A stretch of 63,786 bases of DNA, counting the filler, from Bigelowiella natans CCMP2755 (taxonomy: Eukaryota; Protista; Cercozoa), in the NCBI GenBank assembly GCA_000320545.1. It is 10 parts of 10 records of this genome, joined end to end, with 100 filler letters (N's around TTAATTAATTAA, not from the genome) between each part and the next. Parts side by side here need not be neighbours in the genome. Positions count along the whole stretch, not along the records: positions 1 to 25,014 come from ADNK01001293.1; 9 more parts are not named here. The stretch is one strand, 5' to 3'. Under the pieces are notes generated by a model. It searched no databases. It saw only the letters and a list, made by a program, of their open reading frames with translations, and was not told where the DNA came from. Position numbers and translations under genes: made by a program. Positions 1-14,427 of this stretch are shown here, piece after piece. Positions within the stretch are counted from its first letter, which is position 1; every line of letters starts with the position of its first letter.

Positions 1-65
<65 letters not shown>

Positions 66-484
66 CTTGGTGGAAACGAAGAAGAAGTTTTGGAGGAGGA
101 AAGCGTATTTCATCCGCAGCACTAGTTTCCTTGCACACAAGTCAGCTACGACAGGTGCTATCAGTGTGTATAGAAGGGGGTTGGGGAGGGGGGGGAGGAG
201 TATAGATATTTTTACCCGAGCGAAGGAGAAAATCGGGCTAATCCCTGGAGCATCTACATCAGAGGACAACAATTAATCAAACAGCGGAAGATCAAGAAAG
301 GTGGCCGACAATAAACATGGGTTACCCTGAAGGAGAGGGGGCGCGAATCTCGTTGCTGACGCTCCGACACCTGCTCTTCTTTATCCTCCCTGACCGGCCG
401 AGCATAGAGGCGGCGTGCAAGGCGGACCCCGCAGAGCAGCGCCACCGCCCCACCCGCGGCTGCTACGACGAGGCGGACGCTCAT
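1..484 (-). CDS. 5' part of an intron-containing gene of unknown function with an N-terminal hydrophobic anchor (runs off the window)
   Basis: ATG at 484(-) gives MSVRLVVAAAGGAVALLCGVRLARRLYARPVREDKEEQ followed by a GT donor; downstream exon structure unresolved. Confidence 0.35.
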
Positions 485-1625
485 GCCGACCTTTGATACG
501 TGGAAAGGGGAATGGAAGCCGACGCATAGGAAATTACATGCCGTTTTATCCCTGCGACAACCCATGATGCATCGTGTTGTGAGACTTGTTCGTTTCCTCC
601 TGTATTTATCGAGGGCGGCTTGATTTTATGTTAACTAATTCTATAAATTGGCAAAAAGATGCCATTCAGTGATTGCTTAAGTCTGGTATCCAATGTCTTC
701 TCCACACATTCCAGCCAAAGGCTATTTCGATGAAAAAGTCACCTTGGTCCACAAATAATTGTGCAAAACTGCACGTAAATCCAGATCTATTTCTTATTTT
801 GTAATTTTATTCATGCGACTTAATGTGACTGAAATCTAACCTGTAGATTGTTATTTGCTTACAATTCACTGCGACTAATCAAGCACAGGGGCCTGTGCTC
901 ACTGCAGTAATTTGTGGCGCAAATTTAAGACTTGTTTCTTACGAATACTTGTCAGCTTCTAAATGGACACACACACACACAAAAAGCGACAGATTCGTCT
1001 GTAATCCATGTTAATAATGATAAAATTGCAGGCCGATTTTCTCAGCATATTAGCTCATAACGTTACTCAGCTGCGAAAAGAGCGCCGCAGCCGCATTGTC
1101 GTGCTGAGTGAGTGATTTTGAGACTCATCCTGCAAAGACATGTGAGCTGAGACTAGTGAAACACCGTCGTTTTGTCCGCTTACTGCACCGAAAATGACTA
1201 GAAATCATCCGAAATGGCTCGTTGGGCGGGACCTCCAAATACCTTCGTCGAACGGGCACCTAAAAGAATATCTGCCGGAAATGGAGAAACGCAGTCTTCG
1301 TTCCTCGAAACAAATCGAAAGTTATTCGAATTGACCCGAAATGGCTCTCTGGTTCATCTTATGTCGCCTTTGCTAAAGATTAGGTCTTCATTCTCATATT
1401 CTCACCAGTCTTGTTAGCTCTTTCTAAAGTGGCCGAGGAGAATACTCGTAGGAAGCTTAGCAGCTGCCGATCAGATATCACATTGTCGCACGAAGGAGAC
1501 TCTCTGCCATTCTCGTTGCCGATTGTAATTTTGATAGCTATACTTGATCTGTGGTCTACCTGCAGGCATCATTATTCATTATCTACCACCACCTCACCAT
1601 TCTCACCATTGGAATCAAGGATTCG

Positions 1626-4546
1626 ATGTTGGCTCTGCTCGCACTTTCTCATTTTCTGACGCCTATCCAGGCTCTGCAGAATCTAGAAAGGAGTCAAATA
1701 AAGCTCGACGGAATCAACACGGCGAAAAGTTCTGAGCCGTTGCTTCTTAACCCATCTCTCCCAGAATCCGTGCTGGGCCACCCAAAGATGCCACCCCCTT
1801 TTTTGGGTATTTCTGAGCTTTACAGTCGATCCAAGAAAGATGAGCAAGAGAGCGAACACAGAGGCGCTTACAGCTTCAACTTCGAAGGGAAAGATGGAGT
1901 TCGGCTGACACTTCAGTATGATGGTGAAATCCAGAAAGGTAATAAAATTGTTTCTCTTGACAAACTGAAAGGAATCAAGCCAGAATCCACTGTGCGAGCC
2001 AATCCTAACGGGGATGAAAGGTATGACAAATCGTATGCCGATGATGTTCAGTGGAATTCGTTGATGTGTTGTTATTTTGATTGAATATACTTGCATCTTA
2101 TATTAGGGTTGAAGTTCACTTTCAAATTCCATCTCTCGCAGCTGCCCTAGTCCAAAAACTCAATATCCGCGAGAGCGACCGTTATTCTTCTGTCTATGTC
2201 ACTGGAGGAATGCATTGGGGTAGTCAACATCCATCTTCAAAAGATCCGAGACCGTTGCTTCTTGACCTATCTCAAGCTTCTCTTAAGGATTCGCGCGTAG
2301 TTATAACCGGGAAGCCTGTACAGTATCAGCAAATCTTCAAAAATCTAAATTTAACTTTCACAACGAATGCTTTCACCCCGAAGATAAATCCCAAAACTGA
2401 TGGGAAAACCACCGCAAAATCGATGCCTAGCTCAAATTTACTACATCATTCCGAGGCCGAGGTCGACAATGCTGCTGCTACTTCAACAAATGGTCAAGGT
2501 CAATGTATATGGCAGAAAAACTGGAAGGATGCGCACGGTTATACTTGCGATAGTTGGGCAGGACATTCCTGCATCAAAAGTTGGACAAATGGTAACAGTT
2601 GGCGTTACAGCGCTGAGCAGATGCAAGACGTGAGAAATCACTGTCCCCAATGCAATGCATGTAACTATCCTGCGGGGTGCACAGACACGCCAAACTTCAA
2701 AGATGTACATGGTTATTCTTGCAAGGAATGGAATGGTTATTCTTGTGATCCCTACTCGATTTCCAACTGGCGTTATACAGAACAAAATGTTCGCGATGTT
2801 TTGAAAAACTGCAAAATAGAATGTGGGACATGCAGTGGAATGCCCAACTTTCAGCCGTCATGGTTTGAGACCATTGCAAATACTGTTGCTGGTTACGTAA
2901 AGAATGCATATCAATCTGTGGTTGGGCAAGAAATATCAAACCTTATGGAAGAAGGCAAGATTATTTGGAACATTGCAAAGCTTGCGGTGACAGGAAATCT
3001 CAATGTGGACCGTCCACATCTTCGGCACACGTGCTGGGAGTGGAACTATGACTGTTTGAAGGGCGAGTCAAAGAATGAAGTGTTCACTTTCGACACAGCT
3101 GCTCAGCTCCGATGCGAAAACTGTTACATCAAGTCTGAATTTAATCTGGCCTTCAAGGTGGATATTGCGGAATACGTATTGAAGAATCTTCTTCTTGAGG
3201 GAACTGGAGATCTTGATATGAACTTCGACGTAAAAGCTGATTTTAAAGGCAGCTACGATAAAAATTCAGATACATTGATTGCAAAGTCGCTAATTGGAGA
3301 TCAGCAGTTTTTCATTGATGTGTTGGGCATTCCCATCTATATCCAAATGAAAGTTCCTTTGAAGATAGGCTCCAGTACCCAGGTCGATTCTCAGCTCAGC
3401 ATGTATGCTAAAGCGAGGGCCAGTGGACATATTCACTCTGGATTTCAGTACTCTCAGGATAAGGGTTTATCCTTCTTTAACCCGAGTCCACAAATTCAGC
3501 ATAGTGGAAGCTTCGATGCTCAGGAATCTGTAAACTTTGCGGGTGAAGTTCACCTATTGCCTGTGGTCAGGTACTCAGTCTATTCGTTAGCTGAGCTTAA
3601 CATTGGCTTTAAGACTGGCGTCGTTTTTTCTCTCGAGAAAGCAACTGATAGACAACATCCTTGCTACAAAAGTTTTCCCAATTTAATCAACACGTATGCT
3701 TCAGCAAATGCAGCCCTCTCAATGACCGTCTCAGGGGGGCTCGATGTAAATTGGGGAATACTAAAGTACAAGAAGCTTACCAAACCTAATGTCATCTTCC
3801 ACCAAATGTACCCCATCTACCAACATTGTTGGGGGTGGTACAAGAATCAATTGTTGCTAAATGAAGACTCGCAGAAAAAGGATGTGATCCTTCAGCAATC
3901 AAAGACGAATTTCGAACCAAAAGGAATTGTACGTGGGCAAATTTATCATGGAAGTTTCCATGTCAACGAACAATGCAAAGATGATTTTATGCCTTCAGGG
4001 CAACTCACCATTTTTGTGAAATCAGTCGATTACGGGAGAAACACAACCAAATGCCCTGACAGTTCCTTGTTTATCGTTACCGCAACTGACAGCACGGAGC
4101 CCAATCATCCTAGTCCTCACGCCTGCATGAATGCGAGAGAGATTCAAGTCAAATTTGAAGAAAGGAAGGGTTCCGACAGATGCACAATGCATTTTGACTT
4201 GCCGTCTTCTTCAGAAGCAAACAAGTTCTGTACCAAAGAAGAAGAAAAGAAATCTCGTTGCAACAATTTTCCAATACTTGCTGGAAGCGCTGATTCGGAC
4301 TTCAGCACCATACGACTACATGATGAACATTTACGCGCTGATGGAGCAGACTGTGTGCGTGGGCATCTGTATCGAAAGAAGGACAAGGTGGTGAAGGATG
4401 ATCTCACCGCTCTCAATAAATTGTCTAATGAAACTGGCCATGGAACTGGTCATGTGTGCGCAGAAATTAAAAAACGAGGGTACTGTTTCGACGCTGATGT
4501 GTCAGAGTGCTGTGCTGCCACATGTGGGCTCGATGAATTTTGGTAA
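1626..4546 (+). CDS. Secreted ~944-aa protein with two tandem Cys-rich ShK-like repeats, a central beta-rich domain and a C-terminal ShK-like motif; one intron 2021-2106
   Basis: Signal-peptide-like MLALLALSHFLTPIQA; a GT..AG intron joins ORFs 1551-2084 and 2081-4546 in frame (AG|G = Arg, then VEVHF); repeats CIWQKNWKDAHGYTCDSW..CPQCNAC and CTDTPNFKDVHGYSCKEW..CKIECGTC; terminal CAEIKKRGYC..CCAATCG. Confidence 0.8.
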
Positions 4547-5142
4547 GCAATCTTTCTCAACTAGACGCCTTAGTATTTTCACCCTTGCTACGAAGTGAAA
4601 CAAATGGCGGAGTTGAATAAAATCGTAAGAGACTATGAGATGGATGTTGCTTGTCTACATCACAGACATTGCTGCATCCATGTCACATCGTCTCTATCTG
4701 CTAGCTTGTCATATTTTTGATTTTGGCGTTTGCAAGTGTTGACAACAATGGAACCTAAGTCTAACGGAACACGCAAAACCCTTTGGACTAGACTTGCTTC
4801 GCTTGATGACTAAATGGAGAACCATACATGAACTCCATTGGAGACGTAAATAAGACCAGACATGCTGCGCGCCCGCTTCAATCTAGCAATGATGAGAATT
4901 GTGCCTCACTGTACGCTGTCTCGTGCATGCCTACTTCACAAATTGTACGCATCCAATGCGCAATCGCTCAAAAAATGAGCCGGATCTAGCAGTTTTTTGT
5001 TGCTAATTGTCATGCCCAGATTTGTGCGGGGACACATGGACACAAATTGAGCTGTGCAGTCATGCGCGTAGCTAGGCTAGAGTTCAGATGAAATTTATTG
5101 AGTTTGTGCTGCATGCATGCATGCACCATGCACATGCACACA

Positions 5143-5181
<39 letters not shown>

Positions 5182-5907
5182 GACACGTACTATCTAGACT
5201 ATGGACATGTACATCCTACACGTACGTGCACTATAGCATGCACAACAAGTGCAGCGATGCACATCCAGCATGAATACATGATGGATGCTAGCTAGCATGT
5301 TCTACATGCAACATGTGCATGGCAAGCAAGCAAGTCTAAATGCAAGCCAGCAAGTGAAGCGATGCAGGCCGGCATGGAGCATGCCAGAATGATGCACCCA
5401 TACACATGCAAAACAGACGCGTTTGCGCTTCGACGAATCAACAACGTTTCGCAAGAATTATGCAAATGACCGCACAGCCATCGAACCAAAAATGCGCATC
5501 ATTTTTCTTTTCCCGCCGTCAGATGGCGACTGCATTTACATGTAGTAGGCAGGGGGGGTACAAAGGTATTTTGTATGCTTTGTCACGTTAAATTTGCTAG
5601 ATGTAGTCGCCTATCACAGTGTAATGTGGAAGCACAAAAGTAAAGTTACGGCTATGTTGCATGAGCAGGCCGGGCGATCGATCCCTACTTCTGAACTGAG
5701 TTGTACTGTATAACAACAGTGTGAAGATGGATAGAAAGCCCTTCCCTTGGTCAGCAGCGCTCGAACAAAATTTCTAAAAGATTCATTTGGAATGGGTAAC
5801 TACGTACCAGAAAACTCGGATGCACATCTATCTTCAAAGTAGGAAAATTTTGCATATGGTAACACACGAAGAAATGACACACAAACCCATATAATACGGG
5901 ACGTTAT

Positions 5908-5981
<74 letters not shown>

Positions 5982-6044
5982 GTGTATATATAATTTCAAA
6001 TTTCGGGACTCGGTTGTTGGAAATCCTCACGACGGAGGAGCGCA

Positions 6045-7073
6045 TTAAAGCTTACAGCCGATATAGTTACTGATGAAATGGAAGCCTAGGTAGAACAAGT
6101 GGTCCGTCAACGTGAGATCCACTATGTTGCTGTCGGAGCATTTGAGATCTTCTCCGCTACCATCGCACACCGTATGCTCCCCTCGAGAGTCCCTGGGGTA
6201 ATACACCTCTACTGGAACATGCGTGAAGCCGCCGATGGGGCCGGAGCCGCTGGTGGGTAGGTGCGGCACAGGGTCATGAGAGTGTGTTATGCGGAAGTGC
6301 GGCTTGCCTTGAGTGAATTTCGAGACGTACCACTTAGCGAATACGTCGTTCCCAACCCGAGGCTGCCCATAAGTGAATACCATATCAGCAGGATATCCTG
6401 CTAGGGCCAGATCAACCACCGCGTGCACGGCCACGGCGCCGCCTAAGCTATGTCCGGTTACGACGGTCTTTGCAGCGGGGTGCTTCATCTTCAAACCCGC
6501 AACGGCTTCGCGGATCTTCTTCTGGACGGCTTTGTATGTGTAGTAGAATCCTCGGTCGACCTTGCATCCTTGCGGGCACCCCGCCGCCATGTAGTCGTTG
6601 GGCGAGATAGCGAAGAAATTGAGGTCGTCGATCCAGTTTTGAATCGAGGCGGGGTCCGTTCCTGATATGGAGACTACGATTGTGCCGTTACGACCGTGGT
6701 TTGGATCGAAGGCCACGAATCCGTTGCAATCCGTGGCGAACAAGCCTTTGTCCGACACAACCGTCGCGGTGACATCGGGATACTTCTTGCATACAGCACA
6801 GTCCCACTTCTCAACGCCGTGGCCCAAGGTACCGGCACAGTATGCGGCCCCTGAAAAGTCCACGAATCGCATTGCCTCACTCTCGTTGTAGGCAGCGAGG
6901 GAGCTGCCGGATGATTCCCGTGCTGCAGTGTTTTGGGCGGGGTAGGAAATCTCGGATTGCTCATCGACGCTCTGTTTCTGTTGCCCCTGCTGGGAGACGA
7001 AGATGCTCGCGCTCGTCACGAAAATCGCAACTATCATTACGCGAGATATAAGTCTTAACTGATCCCCGTCCAT
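6045..7073 (-). CDS. Class 3 lipase (alpha/beta hydrolase), intronless, N-terminal membrane anchor
   Basis: VVTGHSLGGA nucleophile motif, FTYGQPRVGN, RITHSHDPVPHLP, C-terminal DHLFYLG; likely start MDGDQ at 7073. Confidence 0.93.
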   Translation of the reverse strand: MDGDQLRLISRVMIVAIFVTSASIFVSQQGQQKQSVDEQSEISYPAQNTAARESSGSSLAAYNESEAMRFVDFSGAAYCAGTLGHGVEKWDCAVCKKYPDVTATVVSDKGLFATDCNGFVAFDPNHGRNGTIVVSISGTDPASIQNWIDDLNFFAISPNDYMAAGCPQGCKVDRGFYYTYKAVQKKIREAVAGLKMKHPAAKTVVTGHSLGGAVAVHAVVDLALAGYPADMVFTYGQPRVGNDVFAKWYVSKFTQGKPHFRITHSHDPVPHLPTSGSGPIGGFTHVPVEVYYPRDSRGEHTVCDGSGEDLKCSDSNIVDLTLTDHLFYLGFHFISNYIGCKL

Positions 7074-7829
7074 GGTTCGAGGGTGCTGATGTTGTGGCAG
7101 GAGGTGGGGAGGGTGGTAGATGGGATCCTCGTGCCGGTTTTCCAATCCGGCCAAAAGAGTCGACCTAGATTGGAAAGCCCAAAAAAAAAAAAGAAGAGGA
7201 ATCAAGATGGTGAGAAATACCCTCGATTAAATATTGACTAACTTTGCTACGACCGTAGATCTAGCACATCATCGTTTGGAGAACTCGATACTCTCACATT
7301 GATTGAAAAAAAAAACCCACGAAATATTATCGATTCCCGGATGTCGTCGGTAGATCACAATTCTGAACCGAACATTTGATGGATTTCGCCTTCCTTTTCT
7401 GGTTTTCTGAGGCTACTGACGTTACTCGTCGTTACTTACGGCATTGCGCTCGTCATGTCAGCTTCCGAGTCCAAATTAGAGCTCGCTTTGCACGTGCGGT
7501 GATTATTCTCTTCAAGGATTCTTGACATTAAATTAGGATATCAAGGAGTTAAGGGGACCGCCATTGCAATGCCCGGTAGTAACTACCCAAAGTTAAAAGG
7601 GCCCTAAGAGGGTTTCAGAACAAGAATCGTCGGAATCCAAGAAAATCCCGGTCAAACTTCTAGCGAATGCAGCTTCCCTATGTTGATTTTCTCCTAATTC
7701 TCGGGTTCACTCTAACGATTTCTAATAATAAAAATGCGTTTCTTGTTCTGAAATAATCTGTGTACTTGCGTCTGCTAGATTATATCTCGAGATACTTTGT
7801 GCACTCGCGTGCGGGTACATGTGCGTGTT

Positions 7830-7867
<38 letters not shown>

Positions 7868-8094
7868 GTTTGTGTTTGTGCTTGTGTTCGTATCTGTTTG
7901 TGTGTATCTGTGTGAGTGAGACTTGTGGTTCACTCGCGCGTGTGCCCTGTGGCGATAGTGAATCCTAGACGATTTCGCTGTTAACCAGAGCTGAACACGC
8001 AAAATGATAATGATGATGATCATCTGAAAATATACTCCAGAATCAAACTCTTTTACGACAAGAATGGGCGGAAGCATAAGCATTGTTTGTGGCG

Positions 8095-11498
<3,404 letters not shown>

Positions 11499-11549
11499 GA
11501 CACAATTCGATGAAATTGGATTGGTTGCTCTCTCCCAATTCTCGCACCT

Positions 11550-12091
11550 AGCTAGCTAGTCAGCTAGCATGCCATGGCGTGAGGATTGGATGAAATCAAT
11601 CAATTTGCGACCCATCCATGTGCCCAGTTTGGAATTCAAAATCCCAGTGTGGATCCATGATGAACATGGCATTGGGATGTGCATGATTGTGCACATGCAT
11701 GTTCCATTGCGTTGTCCACAACAATGGACATCTGGACGTGCGGCAACGTGATGCGCACATTGCATTGCGTTGTCCAGTTGTCCACAATGTCGGACTTTCG
11801 ACGCATCGGCATGTGCATGTTGTGCACGTTGCATTGCATTGTCTGCAATTCGTTGGGAAATGCGTGCATCGGCCGTGCTGCTGCCAAGAAGACAGTTCTC
11901 CTGCTGCGTCTTTGCTGAAGTTGAGAGTGCATCCTTTCCCTCTGTGCACTTGGTTCTTGAGTCGTGTGATGTGATCCTTTCATCTTTCGTCGTCTCCAGC
12001 GGCCTTTCCGCTGCGTTGACGCCTTCGTCTTCATCTTCCTCATCGGAAAACTTCCCCAATTGGACCCGCATTCACACACACATGCACACAC

Positions 12092-12138
<47 letters not shown>

Positions 12139-13150
12139 AACATCATTTTGTTTTTCATGCAGAAGCAGACTGCGGCATTTCGATCCATTTGCGGGACTTT
12201 TGCGTTTTCACACACAGCCTTGCTAGCTTGGTGCACGTGTGGGTGAAATGCACGGACAAACAGATCACACGTTGCAAAGGACGTGTGTGCAAAACTGCAC
12301 ATGTTCGCACGTGCGCACGCTGCATGGCCTTCAATGACTGTGGATTTGCGCACCCCCCACTCCTCAAGCTCGTCATCAATTCCACCATCAATGATGGAGT
12401 CAGCATGCACAAGTGCGGGTGTCGCACATTGTCGCATTGTCTGGATTCCAGGTTCTGTGCATGATGGCATCAAATTGGTGAAGATGGCCATGCGCGTGGA
12501 CACGAAAGCACAGTGGCACACGACCGCGCGTGCTAGCGTGCGCGCTGACATGGCGCAGTGGGGCGCAGCTAGCGCAGGGACTTTCGGCTCTGCCAGCTAG
12601 CCAGTCCACGCCAGTGACCACAGTGACCACTGGGAGGGAGGCAGGGACTGCAGCCGAAATTCCCTCACGAGTCACTCACGAGTGATTCATGCTGCGTTTC
12701 GCACTTTGCAAACATCACGACACGTTTTGGAAATGTGGTCATCATCAAATTCATTCATTCATTCATTCATTCATTCTGCTGCACCATGCTGGCATGGTGG
12801 CTGGGAACTGCTCCACTCATCCATTCATTCGATCTGTGCGAAAGGCGCTCTCGCGCGTGTCATTTGTTCTTCCCCCGCCAATGAGAGCTGCGTGCGAACG
12901 CTTGTTTCATGATGGACGCACAACGCAATGTGTTGGTGTGACACATGGTGATGCATGCGAGCATGCGCTGTCTAGCTGTGCACACAACATTGCTGTGTCC
13001 GTCATGTTCCCAATTGATTGTGCAATGAGCATTGACATCGACAAAGAAGTGGCCACGTGCACGCATGCTGGCATGCAAAGATTTGTGAAGTGGGCGCGAG
13101 GGAGCCGTGCTCCATGCCAGCATGCATCGCTCCATGCATCGCGCGTGCTA
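11550..13150. other. TpA-erased intergenic domain between convergent genes
   Basis: Only 6 TA dinucleotides in 11570-13145, 5 of them in CTAG; CpG abundant; TG/CA enriched. Confidence 0.9.
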
Positions 13151-13796
13151 GCGTCAGCGAGCTAAATCCAGAGGTCTAGGCTTGTGGCATTGCTTCCGGC
13201 ATGCTAGCATGCAATGAGGAAAGCGATAGCAGCTGCAATCATGCTAGAGCGGGTATGGCCTAGCTAGAAACTGGAGAGAACACATACAGTTGCCGCAAGA
13301 CATGTCACAAGATGACCGTCTGACGTGCTCTCATGTGCAATGTGGGACAGCAGTGCTATGAAAGGGATGCATTCATGAGGATTCTAGAATTGCGGATGCT
13401 GCAGAGCATGATGTAACTTACTGATCAGCGAATCAGACTAGCAGAGTCTTTTTGGTGATCATCCTCTTTTTTAATTTGTTTAAATAATGTTTTCACACAC
13501 AGTTTAAATGTCTTATGCCATTGAACGGCAGACCGCAAATGATGTAATATTTAAGCAAATCTACGATGAGAAATACTTCTTCCAATGTTTGTGGATTGAT
13601 ATGGATTTCTCGAATTCACTCTGCTGAACCTCACATTCAATCGTACTCGGTACGCCTGCGCCTAACACATATGAAAGTATAATATATATCATACAAATAC
13701 ATTATTGGTTGAATCTTCTTCTCTGAAGACTGAAGAAAACTGATGATACAGCACAAATATAGAAATAACATTTTTTTTGAAAAAGTCTGCATGAAT

Positions 13797-14388
13797 CTTA
13801 TTTATTGGCGAGGCGGGTCGATTCGAATTGCCAGGAACAAAATATGCATCCGTCTCCAGAACCTAGAACTAGTGTGTATGTGTGTACCTTCGCTTCACTG
13901 CTCCAGGTGTGCACTCCTGCATCACCACATCATCTTTCGTGCTCACAACCTGAGGAAACAAAGATAATAGTGTGAAATGTTGTTGGCGTAACACATAAAT
14001 AAATATTACCAGCTTTTGACTGTTGTAGTGGAAATGTTCTCCTACCACGTTCTCGGCAAGTTTCTTGATTCTATGTAATTACAGACGGTAAGTGTGACTC
14101 TTGATTCTGAGTGACTTGGTCGAAACACGAAACTTTAACGGTGTTGCAGAGTAGAATTACAGACGTTTTTCACTATGAAGTTTTTAACATTTTTAAACAG
14201 CTTTCCTGCATGGTCGTGTGCTTACTTATAGAGGAATCGGGCCTTAGCAGCATTTTTCTTTAGCGCTGTGAAACTCCACACGATGAGATATGGGCCGGTC
14301 GAAGTCGAAATCATCTGCGAAAATAGGGCAAAGCCACCAGGGATAGGGAAGTGCAACATTCAATACACAAATCACATCGATATTCACA

Positions 14389-14427
<39 letters not shown>

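Noticed and set aside
12545-12620. tRNA gene suggested by TGGCGCAGTGG
   Set aside because: No B-box/T-arm (GTTCGA) and no cloverleaf
11550-13150. CpG-methylation decay or RIP as the cause of TG/CA excess
   Set aside because: CpG is abundant and TpA is missing; CpG decay would remove CG and RIP would create TA
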